A stretch of 64,000 nucleotides of DNA. Source: Gemmatimonadota bacterium (lineage in GTDB: Bacteria > Latescibacterota > UBA2968 > UBA8231). Positions 29,821-39,869 of the stretch are shown here, one piece after another. Position 1 is the stretch's first letter. Each line of letters opens with the position of its first letter. The notes under the pieces were generated by a model. It was given only the letters and a program-made list of their open reading frames with translations. It did no database searches and was not told the DNA's origin. Location of the stretch: the NCBI GenBank assembly GCA_038153405.1, contig JAYOYH010000016.1, positions 33,823 to 97,822 of the forward strand, read 5' to 3'. The position numbers and the translations under genes are program-made.

Positions 29821-30276
29821 ATGTTCGCTTCAGCTAACGCTGCGGTTGGCGGTGTATTCACGGTCCCGCTCAAGGCGCGCAATCAGATGCGCATGCCAAC
29901 GCTTGGCGCGCGCGTAAAAGATGGGTTGGGCATCGCCCCCCTGCGCGCTACAGGTGGATCGCCCGGACCGCTGCAAATGTCCGGAGCCGCGCGCAGTAGC
30001 CTAGTGGCGCCGCCCGCTTCCGGCGGGGGTATCCTTTCGCAGTTGCAGGGCCAAGTGCGCAGCGCGAGTCCGCTCACCGCGGGTGTCCGCAGTGCGCATC
30101 GCGCCAAGCCCGGCCTGTCGTCTGGCCTGCTGCAGGCGCGGCAAACCGGTTTGTTGGATCGCATGCGCCGCTCCGATAGCAACAGCCGCCTGCTGCAGGC
30201 CAACTCCAATCCGCTGCGCACCGGAGGCGGCTTTGGCTTTAAGTCCGCTATTAGCAGTATCAATCTGCTCGGATAA
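29821..30276 (+). CDS. Hypothetical basic, low-complexity, probably disordered protein
   Basis: SD AAGGAG; AT-rich promoter-like upstream region; G/S/A/L/R-rich. Confidence 0.6.
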   Translation: MFASANAAVGGVFTVPLKARNQMRMPTLGARVKDGLGIAPLRATGGSPGPLQMSGAARSSLVAPPASGGGILSQLQGQVRSASPLTAGVRSAHRAKPGLSSGLLQARQTGLLDRMRRSDSNSRLLQANSNPLRTGGGFGFKSAISSINLLG

Positions 30277-30292
30277 ATCACTGCATTTCACG

Positions 30293-33200
30293 TTGCATTC
30301 ATCTAATTTTCTGCGTATCGCTTTGACTCTCTGGGCGCTTGCCGGCACGGTTTCGGCGGGCGCTTTTGAGTGCGCGATTCCCGCGCCAGCCGGCAAGCGG
30401 CTGCAGGTGGGCAACAGCCTGAGCGCGCTAGTTATCTTTGCCCAGTTTGCCGAACAGGGTGCCGGTTCGTCGGCTCCCTCTTGGTCGACAGACCTTTTCA
30501 ACCCCTCTGTCCCCGGCAGCTTTACCCATTTTTACAACGATATGTCGGGCGGGCTATTGCAGGTGCGCGGTCGCGTCCTGCCCAAGCGCTACAGTGCGCT
30601 CGATGTGGCCGACGCCTATGCGGCCGCCCAAGAGGGTGGTGTGGGCCAGTATGGCCTCTTTAACTTGCAGGTGCTGCGCCAGGCCGATGCCGATAGCGAC
30701 TTCGGAGAATTCGACAACGATGGCCCCGACGGCGTGCCCAACTCGGGCGATGACGACGGCTATGTCGATATTGTTTTCATTAATTTGCACACCGTGCCGC
30801 GCGGTTTTTTTATCGGTTCGGCGACGGGTCTGGCTTCGCTGGGATTGGATGCCGACTACATCAGCAATGACGCAGCGGCAGGCGGTGGCTTTGTGCGCGT
30901 GCGCAGTCGCTTTAACGGATTTGGCGGTACGACGCAGCGCGGTCATACATTCAGCGTTACCGCCTCTACGATGTGCCACGAATTTGGTCACGTGCTCGGG
31001 CTGACCGATCTATTTGACCAGAGTTCGCTCTCTGCGGCGGGCGAGTTGGACCCAGAGGAAGATTCGGCCGGTATCGGCAAGTGGGGCCTGATGGGACTGG
31101 GCACGCTAGGTTGGGGCGTGGAAGATGGTCCGAATGCGTTTAGTGGACCGACGCTAGCCGAATTGGGATGGGTCGAGGTCGAGGTGCTCAACCAGCCCGC
31201 TGCCGAAATATCTCTCGAAGAGGTATTTTCAGGTCGTCGTCTGCTGAAGATTCCCGTGCGTCGCCACGAGTACTTTCTCCTCGAATACCGCCGGGCGGCC
31301 GGTTCGTACTACAATCGAAATATTCCGCAGGATGGCCTACTGCTCTGGCACGTCGATGAGCGAGCCGACAACGATGAGGAACGCCATAAGCGCATCGATT
31401 TGGTATGTGCCGATGGGCTGTTTGCCGACCGAGGAGCGCCGTCGGCATCGGCCGATCCGTATGCCGGTCGAGACAACCTCGACTTCTGGTCGCGCGATGC
31501 GGCCTATGCCAGCGAGCACAACGGAAATCAGGGCGATGCGGGCGATCCCTTTGACGGCGTGCGCTATCGGCGCGTCGCCTGGGATACCAATCCTGCCCTG
31601 CGCGCCCATAGCGGATCAACGCGCGGCGTAGATCTGGCCTGGGCGCTGGAAAATATGCGGCCAGAGGGCAACCAGATGCGCTTTGATTTTGTCGGCGCGG
31701 CGCGCGAAGGAGATATCGTTGGACAGGTGCGCTGGGAGGGAGACGTCGAGTTGAGGGGCGATGTGGTCGTACAGCCCGGCGCGCGCCTAGTGCTGGCCGA
31801 CGGCGTGCGCGTTGCCCTTGCACGCGGCGATGAGCGGACTGCCGGATTTGATCCAGATCGCAGCGAATTGATCGTCTATGGCGAAGTAGTGCAGGAGGGA
31901 ACAGCCGCGTTTGCCTCGGCGGCGGCGACTCCAGGTGCGCTCGATTGGTCTGGCATTTTTCTGATGGATGGTCAGGCGTTAGACGAGCGTGCGCTGAGCG
32001 TGGAAAACGCGCGTTTGGGCGTTGTGCGCTTTCGCTTGCCGCCTGGACAGACGACGTGGAGTGGCGACGTTTCCGTGCGCGGCGACCTGCTCGTGCCGGC
32101 CGACGCCCAATTGGTAGTCGAACCGGGGGCGCAGATATTCTTTGCCGAAAGCGATGTCGCCTTTAACGGCGTGTCGCCGCGCTATGTCGAATTGGTGGTG
32201 GAAGGCGAACTGCTGGCCCGCGGACGGGCTGATGCCGCGCTGCGCTTCACTACGACGCCCAGTCCGGAAGACGACCAGATCTGGTACGGGGTGCGTCTGC
32301 TGCCGTCGGCGCGCACGGACGTCGAGTTCACCCAGTTCGATCGCGTGGGTTTTGCTTTGAGCGGTGAGGTCGGCCGAAGCGGCTCGCTGCGCGTGGCCGA
32401 TGCGGTCCTGCGCGATGCAGCTGGCGGTGGCGTCAGCGTAACGCTGGTTGGCGACGCCGATTTCGAGCGAGTGCTGTTCACGCGGATTACTGGACCGGCG
32501 CTGCGCGTCGATGGCAGCGGCCAGGTGACCCTGCGCCAAGCGCGCATCACCGGTAATGGCCAAGAAGGCATCGTGCTCAACAACGCCTCGCTGTTGGCGC
32601 TCGATGTGGAAATTGCCAACAACGGCCTGTTGGATGGGGAAGACCCGCGTTCGGGTCTGCGCGCGGTTGGTGGAGAAGGGCAGAAAATAGAGCTGTGGGA
32701 TGTGACCGTTGAGCGCAACAGCAAGCACGGTATCGAATTGGTAGACTGGCGCGGCGAAGTGGAATTGTACGACTCCTATATAAACGCAAACTATCGCGAT
32801 GGGCTGCGCGCCGGCCGGCTCCAAAAGCTGGTATTTGAACAGGTCGAAGTGCAGCGCAACCTGGGTGGCGGCGTGGCTGTAGACAGCGCCTATGTAGAAC
32901 TGTGGACTAGCTATGTGCTGGGCAATGTAGGCAACGCGCTCTATTTAGGTCCCGGCAGCACCGGTGCCATTGAAATGGGGCACTTCGGCAGCGGTCCCGG
33001 CACCGTGCTCGATCGCGTGGGGGCGCTCTTTGTGCGCACCAGCACGTTTGAGCGGGCGCCCGTTGGGCTGCGCCTGATCGACGGGGAGCCCGTGCTGGAA
33101 AAGAATCGCTTGATCGGCAATGCCGTAGCCCTGCGCGTCGAGGGGTCTAGCGTGCCGTCGCTCGTGCGCGGCAATGCATTTCTCGACAACGCTACAGCCG

Positions 33201-33640
33201 TCGAAAACTTGACTAACCGCGCTCTGCAAGCGGCGGCAAACTACTGGGGCACTACGGATAGCACGGCGATTGCCGGATTGATGCGCGGCCGAGTGAATTT
33301 CTCCGGTTTTCTCGCAGCAGAGCCCGATCCGACCGCGGTCGAACCAGTGGAGGAACGTCCTCTGCGCTTTGCGCTGGGATTGGGTTATCCCAATCCCTTT
33401 AATGCCGCTGTCACCATTCCTTTTGAACTCGGCGCCGACGTGCATGCCGAGCTGTCCATATACGATGCGCTGGGTCGCCGAGTGCGCACGCTGGTCGATG
33501 CGACAAGGGCGAGTGGGATGCATAGCGCCCAATGGGACGGGCGCGATGAGCGGGGTGCCGATGTGGCGTCCGGCGCGTATTTTTTTCGCTTACAGGCCGG
33601 CGCCTTTGCTGCGCAGGGCCGCGTAGTGCTGCTGCGCTAA
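30293..33640 (+). CDS. Secreted M6 (immune inhibitor A-like) metalloprotease with beta-helix region and FlgD-Ig/T9SS-like C-terminal domain
   Basis: HEFGHVLGLTDL, WGLMG, EYFLLEYR, GLLLWHVDE; YPNPFN...IYD.LGR.VR.L...WDGRD...SG.YF; start uncertain (TTG chosen). Confidence 0.85.
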   Translation: MHSSNFLRIALTLWALAGTVSAGAFECAIPAPAGKRLQVGNSLSALVIFAQFAEQGAGSSAPSWSTDLFNPSVPGSFTHFYNDMSGGLLQVRGRVLPKRYSALDVADAYAAAQEGGVGQYGLFNLQVLRQADADSDFGEFDNDGPDGVPNSGDDDGYVDIVFINLHTVPRGFFIGSATGLASLGLDADYISNDAAAGGGFVRVRSRFNGFGGTTQRGHTFSVTASTMCHEFGHVLGLTDLFDQSSLSAAGELDPEEDSAGIGKWGLMGLGTLGWGVEDGPNAFSGPTLAELGWVEVEVLNQPAAEISLEEVFSGRRLLKIPVRRHEYFLLEYRRAAGSYYNRNIPQDGLLLWHVDERADNDEERHKRIDLVCADGLFADRGAPSASADPYAGRDNLDFWSRDAAYASEHNGNQGDAGDPFDGVRYRRVAWDTNPALRAHSGSTRGVDLAWALENMRPEGNQMRFDFVGAAREGDIVGQVRWEGDVELRGDVVVQPGARLVLADGVRVALARGDERTAGFDPDRSELIVYGEVVQEGTAAFASAAATPGALDWSGIFLMDGQALDERALSVENARLGVVRFRLPPGQTTWSGDVSVRGDLLVPADAQLVVEPGAQIFFAESDVAFNGVSPRYVELVVEGELLARGRADAALRFTTTPSPEDDQIWYGVRLLPSARTDVEFTQFDRVGFALSGEVGRSGSLRVADAVLRDAAGGGVSVTLVGDADFERVLFTRITGPALRVDGSGQVTLRQARITGNGQEGIVLNNASLLALDVEIANNGLLDGEDPRSGLRAVGGEGQKIELWDVTVERNSKHGIELVDWRGEVELYDSYINANYRDGLRAGRLQKLVFEQVEVQRNLGGGVAVDSAYVELWTSYVLGNVGNALYLGPGSTGAIEMGHFGSGPGTVLDRVGALFVRTSTFERAPVGLRLIDGEPVLEKNRLIGNAVALRVEGSSVPSLVRGNAFLDNATAVENLTNRALQAAANYWGTTDSTAIAGLMRGRVNFSGFLAAEPDPTAVEPVEERPLRFALGLGYPNPFNAAVTIPFELGADVHAELSIYDALGRRVRTLVDATRASGMHSAQWDGRDERGADVASGAYFFRLQAGAFAAQGRVVLLR

Positions 33641-33680
33641 TGCGCTATGGGCGCAGAGCGTTTAAACGAGGAGCTGGTTC

Positions 33681-34574
33681 GTGAGTGCAGGACGTATAGA
33701 GCGCTGTCCGGACGCGTTGCAGGCGCGCCATATAGAGCAATATAGCGCATTGGGCTACGTCGCATTTGACGGTGTGCTCGACCAACGCGAAGTGGATGAC
33801 GCGCGTCGAGCGCTAGCGCGCGTAACCCAGTCGATGATGGAGGCGGTGCATCGAGGAACGGGTGAAGTCAAGCAGGCGCCCACTGGCGCGACGCGCAACT
33901 ACGCCGGACCGCGCGTAATCAAAGAAGGGAGCGAGTGCGTTCTGCACTTTGAGTCCGGCATAGACCCGCACAGTATAGACCCAGCGCGCGTCGAGTACTC
34001 ATACCGCAAATTGCACAACTACCAGGCCGAAGATCCCGTGTTTCAGCGCCTGGTCGAGCTGCCGCGCATCCGCGGCTTTCTTTCGCAACTGATCGGCCAA
34101 GATATGTTACTCAAAGATGTCATGGCTCTTTCCAAGCCACCCTTTATCGGCTCGGAGAAGCCGTGGCACCAGGACAATGCCTACTTCAACTGGCTACCGC
34201 TCGACTGGGTGGGTACGGTGTGGATCGCGCTCGACGATGCGACGGTGGAGAATGGCTGCATGCACGTGCTCCCGGGTCAGCATGCGCGCGGCCCGCTGCG
34301 CCATCACCACACGATCGACTGCGAAATTCTGTCCGACCGACTCGATTCAACGCAGGAAATCCCCATCGAACTGCGCGCGGGCGGTGCGCTCTACTTTTCC
34401 GCGCTGCTGCCCCACCAAACGCCGGCCAATGCCAGCCCTACGCGCCGCCGCGCGCTGCAGTTTCAGTACCGTTCTATCCATGCGTATCAGGTCACTGCGG
34501 AGGAGTTTGGCAAGGTCTTTGCCGAGGCCGACGGCAGGCCGGCTTCGTGCGCGTTGGCCCATGAGAATGGGTAA
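33681..34574 (+). CDS. PhyH-family Fe(II)/2OG dioxygenase
   Basis: KPWHQD, WIALDDATVENGC...PG.H, HQT..N...RR. Confidence 0.88.
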   Translation: MSAGRIERCPDALQARHIEQYSALGYVAFDGVLDQREVDDARRALARVTQSMMEAVHRGTGEVKQAPTGATRNYAGPRVIKEGSECVLHFESGIDPHSIDPARVEYSYRKLHNYQAEDPVFQRLVELPRIRGFLSQLIGQDMLLKDVMALSKPPFIGSEKPWHQDNAYFNWLPLDWVGTVWIALDDATVENGCMHVLPGQHARGPLRHHHTIDCEILSDRLDSTQEIPIELRAGGALYFSALLPHQTPANASPTRRRALQFQYRSIHAYQVTAEEFGKVFAEADGRPASCALAHENG

Positions 34575-36789
34575 GGCGGCGTTTGCCGCGCTGCTTTGGC
34601 TGTGCGTATGCGATGTGCTGTTGGGGAGTAGTGCGATACAGGCGCAGGCCCAGCGCTCCGTAGCACGGCGCTGGAACGAAGCACTGCTCGAGGCCATTCG
34701 CAACGATTACGCGCGCCCAACGGTGCACGCCCGCAACCTCTTCCACCTTTCGGTCGTTCTGTACGATGCCTGGGCGGTCTACGACGACGTGGCCGTGCCC
34801 TATCTGCTTGGTCATCGCATTGGATCCTACGCGTGTGGTTTTGCCGGCGTCGAAAAAGTCGCCGACGTGGAGGCGGTGCGCGCCGAAGCGATGAGCTATG
34901 CGGCCTATCGCTTGCTAGTGCATCGCTTTAGCGCTTCGCCTGAGGCGCGCGGTTCGCTCAATAGCTTTCGCACGCTAATGACCGAGCTGGGCTACAATCC
35001 CGCGTTTACATCAGTCGACTACCGCAGCGGTTCGCCGGCCGCGCTGGGCAATTATATCGCGCGCTGTGCGATTGACTTTGGCCTACAGGATGGCTCCAAC
35101 GAACTGAACGGCTATGCCAGTCCGTTGTATCGCGTGGTCAACCCACCGCTGCGCCCGACAGAACCGGGCAATCCGACTCTGCGCGATGCCAACCGCTGGC
35201 AGTCGCTCTCGCTGCAGGTCTTTATCGACCAGTCGGGTCATCAACTGCCGGGCGGCACGCCGCCCTTTATCACGCCCGAGTGGGGCCGCGTTACACCCTT
35301 TGCTCTGGGAGAGGCCGAGCGCTCCGTTCGAGAGCGCGACGGGCACGTCTATTGGGTGTACCGCGATCCCGGACCGCCGCCCTATACGGCCGAGGACGGC
35401 AGCGGGACGGCGGGTGACTACGCGTGGAACTTTGCCCTCGTAGCAGTTTGGTCTGCCCACCTCGACCCGGACGACGGCGTGCTATTCGATATTTCACCGG
35501 GTGCGATTGGCGGCATAGATACGTGGCTGCAGACGCCCGAAGCGCTGCGGACATTTTACTCGCTGTTTAAGGGAGGCGATCAGAGTAGAGGGCATGTGCG
35601 CAACCCGCATTCGGGTCTGCCCTATGAGCCGCAGCGGGTGCCGCGCGGTGACTACGCGCGCGTGCTGGCCGAGTTCTGGGCCGACGGTCCGAATTCGGAG
35701 ACGCCGCCCGGACACTGGTTTGTCCTGCTCAACTACGTCAACGACCAGCCGGAATTGGAGCGGCGCATGCGCGGCGATGGACCGCTGCTCAATGCGCTAG
35801 AATGGGACGTCAAGGCGTATATGGCGCTCGGTGGAGCGATGCACGACGCCGCTATTGCCGCTTGGAGCATCAAGGGTTGGTACGATTATATACGCCCCAT
35901 CTCGGCCATTCGCGCCATGGCCGACCGCGGCCAGCGCAGCGATCCACAGCAGCCGCATTATGCAGCAGATGGCATACCGTTATACCCAGACTTTATCGAA
36001 TTAATTGGAGCGGGCGATGAGTTGGCGGGCGTCGCCGGCGAGCATATCGGTAAGATTAAGCTGCGCGCCTGGCGCGGTCCGAACTCGGTGGACAATCCGC
36101 GCGAAGACGCTGCTGGCGTCGGCTGGATTCGCGCCGAAGAGTGGTGGCCCTATCAGCGTCCGTCCTTTGTGACCCCGCCCTTTGCCGGTTATGTATCGGG
36201 GCATTCGACCTACTCGCGCGCGGCGGCGGAGGTGTTGACGCTGCTGACTGGAGATGCGTATTTCCCCGGCGGCATCGCTCGCTTTCTCGCGCGGCGCGAC
36301 GAATTCCTCACCTTTGAAAGGGGGCCGAGCGTGGACGTCGAACTGCAGTGGGCCACGTATCGGGATGCTGCAGACCAGTGCAGTCTGTCGCGGATCTGGG
36401 GAGGGATTCATCCACCGGCTGATGACATGCCCGGCCGCCTGCTGGGCCTAGAGATTGGCCAACGGGCCTTTGCCCAAGCCGAGCGCTATTTTGTGGGGCA
36501 GGTCGACTACCGGCCGGCGCAGACTTCGGCCAGCCATATCGTCGTGCGCACCTATCCCAATCCGCTGCGCCAGGGGCGGGCGTTGCGCGTGCTCTTCGAT
36601 CGCGCGGTCGTCGATGAATTTTTCGATGTGTCTCTGTACGACGTGCTCGGACAGATGGTGTATAGGCGCACTGTAGATCGCCGACAGACAGCCATCCAAC
36701 TCGAGCCATCGCTGGCAGCTGGCGTATATCTGCTGCGGGTGCAGGGGGGAGATTGGCAAGCCCGTGCCAAGGTCGTCGTCGTCGAGTGA
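34561..36789 (+). CDS. Secreted vanadium-dependent haloperoxidase-like (PAP2) protein with T9SS-like C-terminal domain
   Basis: Signal peptide; K..Y...RP, PPF.GYVSGHS, SRIWGGIH vanadate-binding motifs; YPNP...G.YLLRV C-terminus. Confidence 0.85.
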   Translation: MRMGKAAFAALLWLCVCDVLLGSSAIQAQAQRSVARRWNEALLEAIRNDYARPTVHARNLFHLSVVLYDAWAVYDDVAVPYLLGHRIGSYACGFAGVEKVADVEAVRAEAMSYAAYRLLVHRFSASPEARGSLNSFRTLMTELGYNPAFTSVDYRSGSPAALGNYIARCAIDFGLQDGSNELNGYASPLYRVVNPPLRPTEPGNPTLRDANRWQSLSLQVFIDQSGHQLPGGTPPFITPEWGRVTPFALGEAERSVRERDGHVYWVYRDPGPPPYTAEDGSGTAGDYAWNFALVAVWSAHLDPDDGVLFDISPGAIGGIDTWLQTPEALRTFYSLFKGGDQSRGHVRNPHSGLPYEPQRVPRGDYARVLAEFWADGPNSETPPGHWFVLLNYVNDQPELERRMRGDGPLLNALEWDVKAYMALGGAMHDAAIAAWSIKGWYDYIRPISAIRAMADRGQRSDPQQPHYAADGIPLYPDFIELIGAGDELAGVAGEHIGKIKLRAWRGPNSVDNPREDAAGVGWIRAEEWWPYQRPSFVTPPFAGYVSGHSTYSRAAAEVLTLLTGDAYFPGGIARFLARRDEFLTFERGPSVDVELQWATYRDAADQCSLSRIWGGIHPPADDMPGRLLGLEIGQRAFAQAERYFVGQVDYRPAQTSASHIVVRTYPNPLRQGRALRVLFDRAVVDEFFDVSLYDVLGQMVYRRTVDRRQTAIQLEPSLAAGVYLLRVQGGDWQARAKVVVVE

Positions 36790-36852
36790 GCGGGGGACTG
36801 GCCGATGGTCGGTGAGGTGCATGAAAAAATACATTTCGAAAAGGAGATATCC

Positions 36853-37206
36853 ATGGTGATTTGGGTGCTGTTGATGGTTTCCTGTGTTGTGCTATTGGGA
36901 TGTGCGGCGGAGTGGAACGCCGATGCAGGTGGTCCGCCATTTGGCGCCGATGCGCTGCTTATTGATGTGCGGACTCGCGAGGAATACGACAGCGGCCATA
37001 TCGAGGGGGCCAAGCTCATTCCCTACGAGGAGATCGGCGCGCGCATCGGCGAATTGACCGAGGATCGCGATCGCGAGATCGCCCTTTACTGTCGCAGCGG
37101 TCGGCGATCGGGTATTGCGCAGCAGACGCTGGCAAAGATGGGGTTTAAAAACGCGATTAACGTGGGTGGGTACGAAGAACTGCGCGCGCGACTCGCAGGT
37201 CCGTGA
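36853..37206 (+). CDS. Rhodanese-domain lipoprotein (PspE-like)
   Basis: IDVRT.EEY..GHI.GA, YCRSGRRS; lipobox LLGC; SD AAGGAG. Confidence 0.9.
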   Translation: MVIWVLLMVSCVVLLGCAAEWNADAGGPPFGADALLIDVRTREEYDSGHIEGAKLIPYEEIGARIGELTEDRDREIALYCRSGRRSGIAQQTLAKMGFKNAINVGGYEELRARLAGP

Positions 37207-37423
37207 GCGATCCGGCGCCTCATCACGCGGTATGCCTGCTGCTGCGCCGCGTCATGAAAAAGGTGGGCATGCGCTGTGTGCGCAGCTTTCGATTGAGTAA
37301 TGACGATCTGGCCCGCGCGGATACCTACTGCAGTGCCGCGGCCGAAGTGTGAGGTGGCGACGACGTCGAATACGCGCTACCGCGCAGCGCGTGGCAGCGG
37401 CAGAGGGGTCTAGTGCGGTAACG

Positions 37424-38269
37424 CTAGGACCAGACAAAGACCTCGTCGTCGTCTGTGGAGTAGCCGATAAATACGGCGAGCACGACGCGCGCTTGGTCGC
37501 CGACGATGGCCGGCACTTCGTGGATTAGGCGCGTGTTAAAAAAGTAGAGGTCGCCCGGTTCTAAAGACACCTGACAGTGCTCGATCGAGCGCGCGTGTGC
37601 GTAGTCGGCAAAGGTGTCGGCGGCTATGTAGGGTTGGACTTCGGGCGACCACAAACAGCGGTGGAGCAGGCCCTGGGCCCCGGAGCCGCTGGCGTCGGCA
37701 TTTTGCAGGCAGAGCACGCCGGCAAATTGGTGCTCAAAGCGGTATACCGAATAGTCTGTGCGCCCTTCGCGCAGCACGACGTGGTCGATGTGCGGTTTGT
37801 AGCGCTGGCCTTCGTAGTGTACGCGAAAAATAGCCGGTCCATAGCGCCGTCCGTCGGACTCGTAGGCAGTTTTCACTTCTTTGCCTGGACACAGGGCTGC
37901 CAGGGTATCGTATACGCAGCGCACCGGGTCGTCGAATCCCCTGAAGAGAAAATCGAATAGGAAATGCGTCGATTGGGCGTGTTCCAAGAAGCGCTCTTTA
38001 TCGCTGCCGCGGTTGCCGAGACTCGTGCCAATATCGATGCGCGGCCGCGCGTCGGCCGCCGAGCGCGGTTCGGCCGCATCGCGCATGAGGCCCAGATCGA
38101 CAAAGCGGCGGACTAGGCCGCGGCAGTGCAGCGGGTCGTAGGCGTGGCGCAAGACAAAGGCCGGACTCTGTGCCTGCGCCAGTGCTCTGATGGGATTGGC
38201 ATAGCACTGGGTAATGGCATCGAGGTCGGGTTCTACAGCGCTCCACTCGCTGCGTTCATGATTGTGCAT
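37424..38269 (-). CDS. Hypothetical protein, possible Fe(II)/2OG oxygenase fold
   Basis: H-x-D (PHID)...PGDLYFFN..LIHEV...R pattern. Confidence 0.6.
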   Translation of the reverse strand: MHNHERSEWSAVEPDLDAITQCYANPIRALAQAQSPAFVLRHAYDPLHCRGLVRRFVDLGLMRDAAEPRSAADARPRIDIGTSLGNRGSDKERFLEHAQSTHFLFDFLFRGFDDPVRCVYDTLAALCPGKEVKTAYESDGRRYGPAIFRVHYEGQRYKPHIDHVVLREGRTDYSVYRFEHQFAGVLCLQNADASGSGAQGLLHRCLWSPEVQPYIAADTFADYAHARSIEHCQVSLEPGDLYFFNTRLIHEVPAIVGDQARVVLAVFIGYSTDDDEVFVWS

Positions 38270-38468
38270 GGCTGAAAAAGTCCTTTCGCGCTGGCATTGG
38301 TCGCGTTCGATTCGGCAGTGGGAAGATGGTTCACACGGGGCTGTGGTCCGTGCGTGTAGACTAAGGCATTCTCGCCTAATATAGATCGACGTGCCCGACT
38401 TGCAAGGTGGAAGGGCGCGCTGCGATGTCGCCGTTTGCCAGACTATAATGCTGGAACCATTACGCCGT

Positions 38469-38514
38469 AAAAAAATCCCATTCGGCGGATTCCCTACCGG
38501 GACGCCGAATGGGA
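38469..38514 (-). terminator. Intrinsic terminator
   Basis: TCCCATTCGGCG...CGCCGAATGGGA followed by a T-run on the minus strand. Confidence 0.75.
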
Positions 38515-38554
38515 AAGAGAGCTTCGAATTAAATAGCCTGCGTAAGCGGAGATA

Positions 38555-39748
38555 TTAGTCGAAAAAGTCTTTGTCTTCGTCCTCCAGGTACTTCTTTGCT
38601 TCTTCAACGCGAAAATCTACGCCAATACCGGGGCGTTCGAGCACTTCAATATGGCTGTCGACGACGATGGGATCGGGCAGTCCTTCGACAATGTCATACC
38701 ACCATTCCGGGTTACCGGTTGGGTACTCAAAGGCGATGTAGTTGGTCGGCATCGTCGCCCCTACTTGGACGAGCGCAGCCAGCCCGAGCAGGCCGTCGAG
38801 GGTGCCGTGCGGCGCCATGAGAATGCCGTGCAGATCGGCGTATTCGGCGATCCACTTGAGTTCGGCAATGCCGCCGACATCGCAGGGGTCGGGACCGACG
38901 ATATCGAGGCAGCGCTTCTCGATCAGCTCGACGAAGTTTTGCCGCAGGTAGAGTTGTTCGCCGGTGTGAATGCGCGTCGAGGTGCTCTGCGTTACTTCGC
39001 GGTAGTTGTCGGCCAGCGTATAGGGCACGTAGTCGCCGGTAAGCATGTCTTCGAGCCAGGCGACGTTCGTTCCTTCGACGGCTTTGGCCAGGCGGATGGC
39101 GTCGGGCACTACGAAGCCGGGGCCGCAGTCGAGAGCTAACTCGACCTCGTCGCCGCAGACCTCGAGCATTGCTTCGATACAGGCCATAATGTGCTTGAAA
39201 CCTTTGGGCGTGAGCAGGCCGCGATTGGGATGCTGCGGCGCGTCGTTTACTTCACCGTAGAAGAAATCGGGAATTTGCGAAGGCATGGGGCTGTGAAAGG
39301 CGATACCTTGCTTAATGATGCTGAATTTTTCTGGGCGTTCCTTCATCTTGGCCATGGACTCGGCGTAGTGCTGCGGCTCGTGCCCACCCATTTTAAAGCG
39401 GATATTGCCGTTGTAGCAGCGCACCTTGTCGCGCACTTTGCCGCCGAGCAGTTTGTAGACGGGCAGGCCGGCGGCTTTGCCGGCGATGTCCCACAGCGCC
39501 ATTTCGATGGCGCTGACGGCGCTGCCCCAGGGCTTGAAGCTGGCCAGGCGGCGAATGCGCTGCATTACGCGTTCGACGTCGGTTGGGTCCTGTCCGACGA
39601 TGCGGCTCTCGTAAAATAGGACGTGCGATTTGATGTAGCTCGCCTTGCTGGCCTCGATCTGGCTATAGCCAGAGATGCCCTGGTCGGTGGTGATGCGCAA
39701 AATGGGATGGTTGCCCAGAATAGTGCATTTTAAGCCGGTAATTTTCAT
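38555..39748 (-). CDS. Mandelate racemase/muconate lactonizing enzyme family (enolase superfamily)
   Basis: SAIEMALWDIAGKA.GLPVYKLLGG, WLED, TGEQ, GGIAE. Confidence 0.9.
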   Translation of the reverse strand: MKITGLKCTILGNHPILRITTDQGISGYSQIEASKASYIKSHVLFYESRIVGQDPTDVERVMQRIRRLASFKPWGSAVSAIEMALWDIAGKAAGLPVYKLLGGKVRDKVRCYNGNIRFKMGGHEPQHYAESMAKMKERPEKFSIIKQGIAFHSPMPSQIPDFFYGEVNDAPQHPNRGLLTPKGFKHIMACIEAMLEVCGDEVELALDCGPGFVVPDAIRLAKAVEGTNVAWLEDMLTGDYVPYTLADNYREVTQSTSTRIHTGEQLYLRQNFVELIEKRCLDIVGPDPCDVGGIAELKWIAEYADLHGILMAPHGTLDGLLGLAALVQVGATMPTNYIAFEYPTGNPEWWYDIVEGLPDPIVVDSHIEVLERPGIGVDFRVEEAKKYLEDEDKDFFD

Positions 39749-39869
39749 TGCGCGCCTTTCTAATGAGTCCGTTGATAGAGGACCTCAGGTTCAACTAAAG
39801 CAGATCCGTCGTCGGTGGAATTCTACGTCCTTCAGTGGTGAATCGTCAACTGCTGGATCGCCGCATCGC

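Noticed and set aside
30083..30292. ORF-track start of the M6 protease at 30083
   Set aside because: It overlaps the 151-aa ORF out of frame; the signal-peptide-like segment begins near 30293.
34117..34560. ORF-track start of the haloperoxidase at 34117
   Set aside because: It overlaps PhyH by more than 400 bp with non-protein-like sequence; the signal peptide starts at 34561/34567.
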